Part shown: piece after piece, positions 37,891 to 50,515 of the stretch
Layout of the letters: each line of letters starts with the position of its first letter
Position numbering within the stretch: position 1 is the stretch's first letter
Assembly: GCA_030265395.1 (NCBI GenBank)
Contig: JARFYF010000059.1
Span: 22,028,161 to 22,092,160 of the forward strand
Source: Rhina ancylostomus
Lineage: Eukaryota
Direction: 5' to 3'
DNA length: 64,000 nt
The notes under the pieces: generated by a model
The model's database searches: none
What the model was told of the DNA's origin: nothing
Seen by the model: only the letters and a program-made list of their open reading frames with translations
Translations under genes and position numbers: made by a program

Positions 37891-38599
37891 ATAGTAAATA
37901 CCTTGGTTTTCCCTAATCCGTCCACACAGTCTGTTGCCCTTTTCATTTCCAATTCTTCAACTAACTCAGCACAAAACCCATCATTCTTATATGATAAAAA
38001 AAGCCCTGTTCTCTAATCTTCCTGCAATAACTAAGACTCTTAAACTAAAGATCATTCTAGTGAGCTGTCTTTGAACCTTTTCCAGGATGTCTACATTATC
38101 ATCCATATGAGAAGACTAAAACCGAACACAGTGTTCCTGAAGAGGACTAATCAGCTTGCCAAAAGGCCACATGTTGTTTCGTATTGGACTTTAGTCCTCT
38201 ATTGGCCTTTACAAAATCGTGTTCTCATATTTGTAGAGTGAAGCCAGAAAGAAAAGGAAACAGCTGTAGTGGATACAATGCCAGTAAATGAGGTCAATGC
38301 TAACTGCAGATAAAACTTGAAGGCAGGAAGACTGAGACCATTAAGGAGTTCGACTGAAATGGATATCAACATCACTCACTTTGAAAGACAATATCACGCC
38401 TGTAATAAACAATTTGGCTGTTTGACGCGTGATTCACAAGGGCTAGGATTTCAATGTGGTGGGTGAGCTGCTCCCGCAATTCTCATCCCCAACTTTGCCA
38501 CCTTCACTGTATGTCTGTGCCTCCCACGTTCCACTTTGTGAAACAGAGGCCATCTCAGACCTTGCTGTAGAGTACAAACTTACACTTAGCCCTATTCGC

Positions 38600-39110
38600 C
38601 CATCAGTTCGTGTTGTTTAACTACAACATCATCCATTATACAATGCCTTAATTTAAAATTCCTACCTTTGATTTCAGATCATGATGGGTCCCTGTGATCT
38701 CTCTAATCTTTCCCTATGACACCCCCATACCACAGCCCCTGCTTTCCTCATTTCTGACCTCTTGATCTTCTTTGAATACCTCCATCGATGCCTTCAGCTG
38801 CCAAGGTTCTGAGCTTCTATGGAAGTTCAGCATTTGTAGAAACAAAACAGCATTGATGTTTCCAGTCAGCGACGTTAATCCTGATTCTATCTCCACGGAT
38901 GCTGCCTGACCTGCTGAGTGCTTCCAGTATTTTGTCTTTTTATATCAGATTTCCAGCATCTGCAGTTTGTTAATTTTCAGTGACTTTGGTATTCCATGCT
39001 TGTGGCTTGGTGTCAAACTTTGTTTGTTAATTCTCCTGTGAGGCACTTTCCTTCTGTCCACCAGCAACATTAAAACTGCTATACAAATGAAAGTAGCTAT
39101 TGTGATAACT
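38600..39110 (+). mobile_element. L2-like 3' fragment interrupted by Penelope termini (38828-38980)
   Basis: gccttcagctgccaaggttctgagcttctatggaa resumes after the insert and ends aactgctatacaaatgaaagtagctattg. The insert contains gatgctgcctgacctgctgagtg...ttccagcatctgcag. Confidence 0.6.
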
Positions 39111-39203
39111 ATCAATAATTGAAATGGTAAATATTTTAGATCCTGGGATTTTGTGCCATTAAGAATAAGGCAAATTATTTGGATATCTGTTATTACTTCC
39201 TCA

Positions 39204-39600
39204 TGTCACAACATTGAGCGAAGAGCAAGCTCGCAGAGAACCCAAATGCAACACATTGGTACAAGACTGGAGTCAGGATGCTTCCTCAGAACCAAACACA
39301 GGCAGCAACTGGAAGGAATCTTGCCTCAGGGATCTGAGGTGGAGTCCCAACACAAAAACTGGATATCCTAAGAGGAATAGTGAAACCAGGACAGCTCTAG
39401 AGTTGCCAACTTTAAGCAGCCAGAAGACAAAGTATACCCAAAGGTTGGCCAATACTCTGGCAACTAGTGCTACTGAAACCAGGGTTCTTATGCTAGTCCC
39501 CTGATGGGGCTCAGGTCTGTGTCATTATGCGATTAGTACTGTCATGAGATCCATGTGCTGCACAACAAGGCACCATTGATTGAGCTGAATTGAGGGCTAG
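39204..39600 (+). repeat. Dispersed ~0.4-kb repeat, probable solo-LTR remnant (copy 1)
   Basis: Begins TGTCACA; reverse-complement similarity to 43835-44152. Confidence 0.65.
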
Positions 39601-39617
39601 TACTCAGACCCATGACT

Positions 39618-40126
39618 GCATTACAGGAAGGATGTTGAGGCTCTGGAGATGATGCAAAAGACATCTACCAGGATGCTACTCAGATTAGAAAATATTAGCA
39701 ATAAGGAGAGGTTGGCAAACTTGGATTGTTTTCTCTGGAGTATCAGAGGCTCAGGGGGCAACCTGATGTAAATAAAATTGTAAGAGGCATAGATGGGGTA
39801 GATAGTCAGAATCTTTTTCCCAGGCTGGAAATATCAAATACCAGAGGGCAGAGATTTAGGTGAGAGGGGAGAAAAGTTCAAAGGAGACTTGCGAGGCAAG
39901 TATTTTTACACAGAGAATGGTAGCTGCCTGGAATGTGCTGCCAGGGGAAGAATTGGAATCAGATACAATAGCAACATTTAAGAGGCATTTAATAAGGCAC
40001 ATGAACAGGCAGAGTTGTAGACCATGTGCAGGCAGATGGGATTAGTTTAAATGGCTTCATGGCTGGCACAAACATTCTGAGCCGAATGGGCTGTTTCAGT
40101 GCTCTATTGTTCTATGTTCTATGTTT
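39618..40126 (+). mobile_element. CR1 LINE 3' 0.5 kb
   Basis: ttacaggaaggatgttgaggctctggag...; IFTQRMVAAWNVLPGEELESDTIATFKRHL; tail tgttctatgttctatgtt. Confidence 0.9.
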
Positions 40127-40569
40127 AAGTGATGTCTAACCATTTGAATATGGATTTTATTCTAGAAGATGTATTTCCATCATCTGATCAAGGTGGTGCA
40201 TTGAAATTATCTTGGAATCTTCCCATAGAAAAATGACCAGCAAGTGGTGCTTCTCCACAGTGTATTTAACAGACATTTTCCCTTGCTTGTTAAAGGATGG
40301 AAACATTATTTCCAAGGTTCAAAATGACCCTTTTTGATAGGTACTTTGTTCAGTCTGTCTTAGAGGTTGAACTTTGGAACTATCCCCATTCTGCTGCTTC
40401 ATTTCTGCAAGTTTAATAGGGGAGCTCACTTTGTTTTGATTCTCTGACTTTAATCTTTAAGAATTTATATGACCTTTGACAGAGCCCAAACCCACTTGTT
40501 TATTTTTTCTACTTCAGATCATTTCTCCTTTTAGATAGGATAAATCTTATTTGGGCAAACTGGGTTTAC

Positions 40570-40980
40570 AGATAACTTGGTGGCATAACTCTTGCTACCA
40601 TAGGTAGTTGTACAGTTAATTCCAGAGATTTGATCCCAAAATCAAGGTTGACACTCCCAGTGTCAATATTACAGGGTGTTGTAATGCATGTTGGAAGTGT
40701 GTTTTATTGGACACAACATTAAAGCCAAGATTCATCTGCTCTCTTGGGTGAATATAATAAAAACGCAAAGTACAAATTGAAGAAGAATATGTTATCTTTC
40801 AACTACAACACAAAGTAATCCAAGCATGACAACATTGTTTTATGTGGGAATTTGCTGTATGCAATTTGGCTGCCATTACAAACAATCTGATTTTAAAAGT
40901 ACTTAATTGGCTATGAAGCATTTAGTGACATCTTGAAGTAGTGAAAGATGGTAATTAAATGCAAATCTGTCACTTGTGCA
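40570..40980 (+). mobile_element. Deu-domain SINE
   Basis: caaggttgacactcccagtg...ctgctctcttgggtga...caatttggctgcc...aaagtacttaattggctatgaagcatttag...aaatgcaaat. Confidence 0.7.
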
Positions 40981-41299
40981 AATAATATATTTATTATTTG
41001 TTTTGATTTGTTTGAGAAGAAAGTAACTTTCCAGAATTTCTGTTCTCATCAGACAGCCTTGGTGAGAATATTTGAAAGATGACTCCACATTGGTAAATAC
41101 GGGATTATTTTGAATGTAAGAAACTTATAGTACCGTAAACCTATAAGTAGATGAGAAAGTATTTGCTTTACGCTGCATATTCTTATTATATCTAAACTCC
41201 ACACCTGGACTTCTTTTGCATCTTTGTATTTACACCATCTCAGACTTCAACTTGTTTCTTCCCAGAACCCAGAATCACTAATGAAATAAATGACCAGAT

Positions 41300-41550
41300 T
41301 ATTTGCTTAGGAGATGTTTAAAGGATACGTGTTCTCAAGTTACCAGGGAGATCTTTGCTGGTCCTTGAATAATACCAGGCAATCAGTTACTGCTTTCTGA
41401 AAAGTGGAAAATGGCTTGCTTTAATGACACCAAAAAGATAATCTAAAAGATGGCACTTCCATTAGCCCAAATTATATGTTTAATTCTCTGGAATAGATCT
41501 TCACAACTTTTTGATTAAGAGGTGAAATTATTACCAATGAACCAAGGCAC
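41300..41550 (-). mobile_element. Deu-domain SINE fragment
   Basis: ccagggagatctttgctggtccttgaataatacc...tctaaaagatggcacttcc is the reverse of the Deu core. Confidence 0.5.
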
Positions 41551-43834
41551 GCACAGGTATAATTAATCAAATATATAGATGGTAAAGAGTTAACAAAGAT
41601 CATTCAGCAATGTAGAATATTTAGCAGATAAGTACTTTGCTGGATACAAAATAGAAGAGAATATACTCAGTTAATAACCATTATTTAATTCCAAATAAAC
41701 AGCACTAAAGTAATTTGGAATAATTTAAAACACAAATGCATGTAACACAGATGAAATAAAATAATTTTTGTAAGACTTTTGGTGCACTTTTAATCATTTA
41801 GGAATTAAAAAAATTAGGCGAGTGTTTAAGTATGTCAGCTGTGAAACTGATATTACTTGTGGGAGCAACTGAATGGTTTTATTTCACAGCATATGCTTCC
41901 AGGGTCAGAATTGGATAAGAAGCCTATTTGAAATCGGAATCGGACCTGGGGGAACATTGAATGGGAATTAATTTGCGGTGTAGGATCAGCAGTAAGCGCA
42001 TACCACAGACTAAAGTAAACACTTTAAAACATATCAAGAAAAAAGATGTGGGATTAGTCTAGAGAGTAAGTGGAGTCTGTATGGGCTGTTATATACGATA
42101 CATGTTTTATACTGCACAGTCACTTTGAGTGGTAGGACTGAAATCAAGTGTGAGTTTGGGGATAAAATATCACTGATCACATTGAGAGTAATTTCTGGCT
42201 GGTAGTGTTTGGGGGAACTCCTTCTTGGCCTCAAGAAAAAAAAACATTTCTGGTATCATAAGTTAGACTAAGCACTTATTCTACCTCTTTCACAAAGTTG
42301 TTGCAAAAAACTAGCATCAGTATCTTTACCTTCTTTTCTCAAGGGGCACCAGAGGAGAAAAGGAACAATACTGAACTCCATGCATGGAAAAAGATGGCTG
42401 CAGGCTTGGGAAACTTAAAGCAAACCTATCAAATGCCACAGATAAAAGAGATGTGAACAGCAAATGCAGCTTGAACCTAGAATAAAAATCACCTAATTGT
42501 ATATAATCGAAACATTTCTTCTTTGTTACTTGAATGTAGGATGCTCTGTACAGATGTAGTAAAGGGTTTAATAGTAGCAGTAGTGTATAAAGATTTTGCA
42601 AAGCACAGATAGCCAGACTGCACAGTAGTAATTGCTGGTCTAAAAATTGCTTTACTACACTTTAATGGAATTAAACCAATTGTATATTACCCTAATGCCA
42701 TTTTTAAAAGTTCCATAAAGACTGCTAAGTTTCCATAAGAATGTTGTGATGGTTTCCCTGCATAATGCCATACTGCATCAGTTTCAGCACATGCTAGTCT
42801 ATTTGATCTATTGCAAGATCTCATTGCTGCTGCCACATAGCTTTACAGCTGAGACCTTCCCAGCTGCCCTTGAAGCAACATACACATTACAAGCAGCTCT
42901 CTTCCAGCTATTTGGAGGGCTGCTGCTTCAAGAATGGATGCTCCAAAGATGGGAGAAGGTAGGGAAGTTCCTGTCATCTGAAGGAAAGGGTTTCAAGGCT
43001 TATCTGCTTGTGTTTGGAGCTTGGATGACCTCCTTAATATAACAGTGACCAGCGAACTGTGAGATGTGGTATGCATCAGTGGCAGTGATCATGAGAATGG
43101 GAAGTTGACAGTGACCTTCACATTGCCTTTATCTGAGGTTTCAGATAAGTGAGGGTGAAAATCACACTGGAGATAAGTTCTGGGCATTGCACTATTGTTG
43201 ATGTCATTTGGAAGAGCTTTATGTCAGAGAAAAGTTTCTAGTGCTGGTGAAAATCCCATTGGAAATTCAGGAGTTGAATTTCTCACTGGCGCTGTGAGAC
43301 CTGGAAATGTGTATAATATCATTCTGCATCAGGATAATCCTATTTTCAACAGCCCAGCGTTATTTTTTTTGGAATCATAAGAGGGAATTTCTAATTTCCT
43401 GTGTAAACACAGGTTTTAATATCATGCAATTTTAGCCTTCTTTGTAATATAGAGTGGAAATATGAGATGCAGAATGTTGTAATATACATTGCTTAAATTC
43501 AGGGTGCAATGTAATATTGTCTAAACAGAATAAATATAGATTTTAATCTACAGCATTAACTACGATAAAGTATAATGATCTAATAAAATAGTGATGTAAA
43601 ATATACAGTAATATACAATGTAATTTATACATCTGTATTTCTCTTGTTTCTCTCCAATTTCCTCACCTGCTGTCTCCAAGCATATTTTGGTCAGGAGACC
43701 GACCTCCTGTTTCTAAATTCTACTAAGTCCTGACCACCCAATTTCTCATCCTTGTCATTCTACTAGCTGAGATTTTAATTGATAAACCCTGTTTATGCCA
43801 TGGTTCTGAGTTCTGGCTCTCAATTTGGCTCCTT

Positions 43835-44152
43835 TAATGCCTTGTTGTCCAGCACATGGATTACATGCTGGACTGATTACATAATGACTCACACCTGAGC
43901 CCCATCAGGGTCCTAGCATAAGTACCTGTGTTTCTCTAGCACTAGTTGCCAGAGTATTGGTTTACCTTTGGATATACTTTGGCCCCCTAGTTGCTTAGAG
44001 TGATCTACTCTAGAGCAGTCCTGTGTTCTTTTTAACAGATTCCTTCCAGTTGCTACCTGTGTTGTCCTGAGGAAGTACCCTGACTCCAGTCTTGTATTGG
44101 TGTGCCACATTTGGGTTCTCTGCGAGCTTGTCCTTTGCTCAACATTGCGATA
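43835..44152 (-). repeat. Dispersed repeat, probable solo-LTR remnant (copy 2, inverted)
   Basis: tttgggttctctgcgagcttg and cctgactccagtcttgta are exact reverse complements of segments in 39225-39280. Confidence 0.65.
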
Positions 44153-44299
44153 GTTTAGGATTTAGCTATGTTTCAAAACTCCCTCCAAAAATCCTACCTT
44201 TGACTCTATTTCTGCAAACTCACAACCCTCCATATTCCATAGATTTTCCAGATTAATGCACAGACCTAGAAATTTCAGTACACTTCAATGTATGTGTGT

Positions 44300-44425
44300 G
44301 AGCACATATGACTTGTTCCAAATGTGGGTAGTAGTGGAAATATTGAGAATCATGGAGAGATACAGAGAGCTGCTAGAACATGTGCATCATGTTTATTGAA
44401 GTCTCTAACCACACTGCATGTGTGT
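44300..44425 (+). repeat. Unclassified ~125-bp repeat (copy 1)
   Basis: aatattgagaatcatggagagatacagagagctgctagaa recurs at 48597-48637. Confidence 0.7.
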
Positions 44426-47400
44426 ATATTTCATACTTTTACATATGCTTCACACTGCTTTCCCTTTCTGAAAAGAAAGAGTGATTCATATATTCAAATT
44501 ATTTAGTGATTTAACCTATTTTCAGGTTTTCTGAATTACTTTGATCTTCTGACATTGGCAATATATCAAGTTCCTGATTTGAGGAAAGGGTCAATTCTTG
44601 ACTCAATTCAGTAGAACTTCACAGCATTTCTTCTGGTCTCCAGTGGGTCAACTTCCAGAATACACTCATCATTACATAACTCTTTAATATTCCCTTGTAT
44701 ACCTCTTTCAGGGATAAAATTTTTTATATATAATATACACTTTTGATTATGTCTCTGATTTTCACAGGAAACCTCTTTGTCTTTCATAGTTCAACCCTCA
44801 CTCCAACATCCCAGATCTGAATGTCAGATTTGTTGACACACAAGCTCTATCATGTTGTTTTAATCGTATACCTTGAGCCATAATTTTATTTCAATCCCAG
44901 CTTCTTCCCTTCCACCATCCCCTTAAGATTTTTCTGAACTCAGCTGAATTGTGTTCTGAGTCTTCAATGCATTAGTAACTTAGCAGGCATATAACCTATT
45001 GGCAAATGTGTTGTCATTTTGTAGCTAAGAGTTGTAATACTTGTTTCTTCAGTGCTACTTTGATGATTTTCACTGATATCTTTACTGCACCATTTGACAC
45101 TGGATGATGTGATGAAATAAAAATATGCTCAAAATTTCTCAAACAGAAATGAGCAAAATGAGGCCCAATATCAGAGACTAGTTCTTTTGGTAAATCATGA
45201 CATAGAAAAAATGAATCTCAATTCTTCAATATTAAATTCTGTTGTAGTACAGTACCAAAATGTTTCACTTTGATCTTTTTAATGTGGTTATCTATGAATA
45301 CCAACAATTCATCTATTCCCTTCTCACAATAATTATTTACTGTTCTTTAGAATTTCTATCTTTCTAAAAGTCTTTTCCATCTCTGTCAAAGTATCTTCAC
45401 TGGTTTGGTTCTGGATTCTTGCCAGATTATACTCCTGGCTACACAGTCTCTTCAAGAACTTCATCTAATCCCAAACAACTGAACTTTGGGCTGCTACCTT
45501 CAAGCGCAAAATGCCAGAATGTTCAATGTGAAATTCTCCTAAACTTGTCTTCTCAATACACTTGGTAAGTCAACTACATGTCCACATTTAATACAATCTT
45601 ATGTCAATGGTGAGTAATATCTTTGATTACAGTGATTTTTTAAATCTGGATATTTGTTTGATTTAGTCCATCCTTTCAAAGACTCTTTATGGATTCATTT
45701 TAGAACATTATCTCTATTGGAGTAACTGGAAAGTCATCTTTTACCATTTTCAATGTGAGGATTATGGTTTCATTCCCTAAACCTAAACTCTAATTTGATA
45801 ACCTTGACGATGCACCTGCGATTGCATTTTGTTTTGAACTTTTATACTGGATCATATAATCTTATTGAAATAAGAGAATGGCCTTTCTTTGTATTCTCAA
45901 TGCAGCCAATGTTGACATTGCCAATTTAGGACCAAGAAATGCTAATAAAGGCTTCTTATTTGTGACCAAGGTCATGGGTCTGCCAAACAGAAAATAATAA
46001 AGCTTTTTGTGGAAAGTCAATTCCTAATGGCTCTTTCTCAACTTAGGCATTGCTTATTTCACTTTTCATCAATACAAACACAATTGTTTCTCTTGAACTT
46101 TGATTATCACATGACTGATTACATTTCCTACTTCATGATTTGAATAATGGAACTGAACACATGCCTCACCATATCAAAGCGAACTAACAAAGACTCACTT
46201 CTCATATCCTTCCAAAATTAGTTATTTGTCATTTGCTGTTCTTTTCCCCAGTTTTACTTTTTGTCTTTCTTTTCTAACTGATGAAATGTTGTCAGTACTA
46301 TTATCCAAAGATGAAATATATTGTTCAAAGGCAAACATGTGTCATTTGAGCTTTACATTGCGGTTCTGTAGCTCACTCTTTGTTGAACATTTAAATATTT
46401 TCTTCCTTGTGACCCTTAGAACATCATCTTCATTGCACTGGAAATGTTCAAGTACTTTGTACTGTCTTGTCTATTGTAACTCTAAGGACCTTTGGTGACA
46501 TTTTAACATAAAACTATTTTGTACAGAAATAAAAATCCTCGTGTATTACTTTTCAAATATTTTTGACTCTCTTGCTCATATTCAACTGACAGGTCTAGTG
46601 CAGTGCAAACTTTGGCTCCTGCCAAATTTGGATATAAATAGGTGATATCAACTGCTTCCTCTACCTAGTTTTTCAATGTATGTGAGACTTACAGTAGACT
46701 GTTTTGGACCTAGATTGATATAGATATGAAAATTATGACCTGTAATCCAAGAACATTTTTGCATATTTTCCAATAATATACAAAGTATTATTTTGAAGCA
46801 TCCACACAGAACAACTCTTTCCAGTCTAACTTCAATTTTCTGAGTCAATGTTGATTGTAATTCATCTACTATCATTGGTGGTTTTATTTGCTCTTCACAG
46901 TGATTCATTCCATCCTGCTTAAAGTCTTCAATGCTTAACCTGAATATGTTTCCATATTTAATGTGGACATTAACAGTGATCGGGCTAACTAGCTTAGAGA
47001 TCTACCTTTGCCTATTATTGATCAGTCTGCTTCAATATTGATGCTCATGTTGATCTACTAGCCATTTAACCATACTTATGTCTTGAAATCTTTCTGCTTT
47101 CTTTCATTGCTGCTAGTGGCATAAACACTATACATATAAACCCCTTTCCTCATTGTTCTCACCGACTTCAGTACTGTGTAGACTTCCTCTCTGTGGCATT
47201 TTACTGTGATTACGTCCCTCCTGGAGTTTCTTTGATTAACTACCTTTGCTTTAGACTTGGATGCTGAGGATATGAGCATTTTTTTGACAGTTAAAACATT
47301 TCACTGTNNNNNNNNNNNNNNNNNNNNNNNNNNNNNNNNNNNNNNNNNNNNNNNNNNNNNNNNNNNNNNNNNNNNNNNNNNNNNNNNNNNNNNNNNNNNN

Positions 47401-48557
47401 NNNNNNNTCACTGTTTTGAATTGACATACATGGACAGCTTTGGTTACATCTATCATAACAATTTGCACCAGTCTCATTCATGTGCTTCAAATTTTGCTTT
47501 GAAATCCTAGTCTTCGCTTCCACTCTGTGTTTAAACTGCCATCATTTTTATGTCTTGTATTAGAGAAAATTATTTAGCATTCCTCAATGCCTTCTCCATA
47601 GATGTTGTAGTTTGGCACGGGAAATCAAGTGTAAGATTCTGCTAGATTAGTAACTTCAATTGGATTTGCTTATTGATTAAACCCCAGGCAAACTTGCCCA
47701 CACAGAGCATGGCCCAAAAAAGTGTCAAAGTACAAGGCTGAAACTGGTCCTTCAATGAGACGATACACTCACTGACAGTGTTGGCTGATTTCCGATTTGT
47801 GAAATAGAACATCTTTTGTTTTCAGTGGCATTAAAAGAGTTGCTAATGTACTACATATGTTCAGAACACATTTAAATAGAAGACCAGCTTTCTTGTACTC
47901 TTAATGGCATAGTTTTACTCAGGCAAATTCTCATCTCATCAACAACATTGATTTTCATAATGTTATTTGCTCTTTAAGAAAAACATTTCCATGCATTCTA
48001 TACATGAATTGAAAGACTCACACCAATGCAGCTAGGTTGTGATTAAGAAAACATTTTGTTCTTCTGATACAATTCTAACTAAAGCTGGTAACATCACACT
48101 AGGTTTGAAATTTCCCACCTTTCCAGTGCCTGTTTAGTTCACTTGTCACAATTTCAGACTCATTAAACTAACCACTTCATTCTATCCAGAGCAATCTCAA
48201 TGCTGCTGAAATGTGGACTTCCCTTATTCCAGTGCACACACATTTAAATTTACCCTGTTGGCTGCAGTATATTTGCCCTGCTCTTCTTTCCAACATTGGT
48301 GCCAGTCTTCACCCAGACTACTACTCCTTCAGGTGCCTCTCAATACATGCTGATGCCCTTCTCTTCCAAAGTTTATTTGGTATCTTCTCCCTTGTCCATA
48401 CTGACTGGCTCTCACTCTGCCACACTGCCATTGCATCATACTCATAAGTGATCAACAGAGCTGTCAACTTGCAAATAAGTCTTCTTGCTTGATACAANNN
48501 NNNNNNNTGAGATCTGCTCTTTACACCTTCTTCTCCAATTTGTAACCTCAGTTCATA

Positions 48558-48680
48558 TGCACATAATACTTGTTCTAACTGGGGGGTAATGTCGGGAATA
48601 TTGAGAATCATGAAGAGATAGTGAGAGCTGCTAGAATATGCACATCTTGATTATTCAAATCTCTAATTACATGCACATCA
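48558..48680 (+). repeat. Unclassified ~125-bp repeat (copy 2)
   Basis: aatattgagaatcatgaagagatagtgagagctgctagaa. Confidence 0.7.
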
Positions 48681-49649
48681 CACACTTAGATGAACTATAT
48701 GCATATAATAGGCCTGCTGTGTGTGCCAAGGTCTTGAGCACTGTTGGACATCTGTTGCACATGTTCCTTGAGCATTACAGAGCACAAGAAGAAGAAAATG
48801 ATATCTAGGAGTGAGCATGGTTTTGGAATGCAAGAAATTACTGACAGTTGGAGGACTAGTGAGTTTGAGCAGTTGGGTTCTTGTTTAGGATTGGTGAAAT
48901 GGGTTGGCTGGGGTGATCTGGTTGAAACTTGGGGGGAAGGCACTGCTGCATCAAAAGCTCAGGTGGACTCTTAGAGTGGGGATTGTGCTGCATTGGAGGA
49001 CCCAGGTGACCTGGAAGTAATTGGGCCAGTGCCAATAAGGGAAGTGGGACAAGGGACAATCAATGAGTTGGGGAATCTGGTCAGGGACAAAAGGCGAGTC
49101 AGTGTATGATATTGTTGAGAGCGAGTAATGGGAAATGGGAGGAGGGCAAAAGGTAAAGAATGGATTATATCTTCGTGGGATCCCAGTCCACTGCAATACT
49201 ACTGAAATATACATGTCCTGAGAGTGTTCAATGACCAGTGCCTGTGACAATGTGAATTAATTTCCCTAGCATCACTAGGGAATTACGTCATTTGATATGT
49301 GTCACATGCAGACATTGCATCAGAAGTAGTAAGATCAACTTGCAATAGGAAGTGCTTGGCTGAATTTCCAGTGTGATGTTAAACAACCTAGAAATCTATG
49401 TGATAATGTTTCACCACGGGAAAAGCCAGGCCTCCAATCTGAAAAATTTTGCTCAGCTTAAGCCATTTTTATCAATCCATTTTACAAAATTGTAGCCATC
49501 CATCCTCTCTAGCTGTACTCTTTAACACTGAGCTGAGCTTTTCCATTTCAAAGATTTATTTTTCATTTCAAAGTATGTCTATTGCCACCTTAATAATATC
49601 TTCCACCTTCATTATTGATTTTGCTTCAGTTCATCTGCTGCTGCAGCAT

Positions 49650-50005
49650 CCTGGCACATTTAGTAGTGCTGCTGCCTCACAGCTCCAACAGTTCAATTCC
49701 AACCTCTGGTACTGTATGTGGAGTTTGCATTTTCTCCTGTGACTATGAGGGTTTTCTCCAAGCGCTCAGGTTTCCTTCCACATGCCAAAAATGTTTGGGT
49801 AGTAGGTTAATTGGTCTGGCCACTGTAAATTTACCCCAATGTGTAGGTCAGTGGTAGAATCTGAGGGCTAGTTGATGGGAAAGTGGAGAGAATAAAATGG
49901 GTTCGAGTAAGTTTAGAAAAACTGGGTGGTTTGATGGTCAGCATGGACTTAGTAGACCACAGGGCCTATTTCCATGCTGTATCTCTCTATGACTTTTATG
50001 ACCTA
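49650..50005 (+). mobile_element. HE1-like V-SINE, near full length
   Basis: tRNA-like head (gctgcctcacagctcc...gttcaattcc), V-domain tgtggagtttgcattttctcctgtgact...ggtttccttccacat, and CR1-derived tail gggcctatttccatgctgtatctctctatgac. Confidence 0.85.
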
Positions 50006-50139
50006 TTGACTCACCTTTTCCTACCATCTTCTACCCTCTATAATATTCAACTGTACCAAAATTATATCCTCCACCATATTTTGCTGATATATCATTTCTC
50101 CCTCGCTAATTTATGCTGGAGTTCAGTGACCAGAAAAAA

Positions 50140-50515
50140 AAATTTACAGCCATGTTGAAAATCCTGCCTTTGTATCCTCTGCTGCGATACGTACCAATGT
50201 ACTAATAGACTCTTCACAAGTACTTATACCATCTCCACAGCCAGTTTTACAAACTATCCATTACTCTGGCCTATTGTGACTCACCTTGCTATCAGTAGCT
50301 ATGCCTTCAACAGTCATAGAACCAGATCCTTTAATTCACTTCCAAATAGGTGTGCCTCTCAAATTCACTCTCTTTAAGATGTTCCTCAATACCCACCTCC
50401 ACTCATAACGCCTCCTGCTTTAGCATAGTGTCCATGTTGATCTGATTACGTTTCTGTGATGTACCATGGGGCATTTTTCTACCTTAAAGATTCTACTTAA
50501 ATGTTAGATTGTTAC
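50140..50515 (+). mobile_element. L2-like LINE 3' fragment
   Basis: tgccttcaacagtcatagaacc...ttctgtgatgtaccatggggcatttttctaccttaaag...aaatgttagattgtt. Confidence 0.5.

Noticed and set aside
49262-49282. Small hairpins (ttccctag-catca-ctagggaa; also near 17684 and 58669)
   Set aside because: Stems of 8-9 bp are expected by chance in 64 kb and are too short for pre-miRNAs.
49650-49720. tRNA gene (also 55425-55500)
   Set aside because: Only degenerate A/B boxes continuous with SINE bodies; no cloverleaf.
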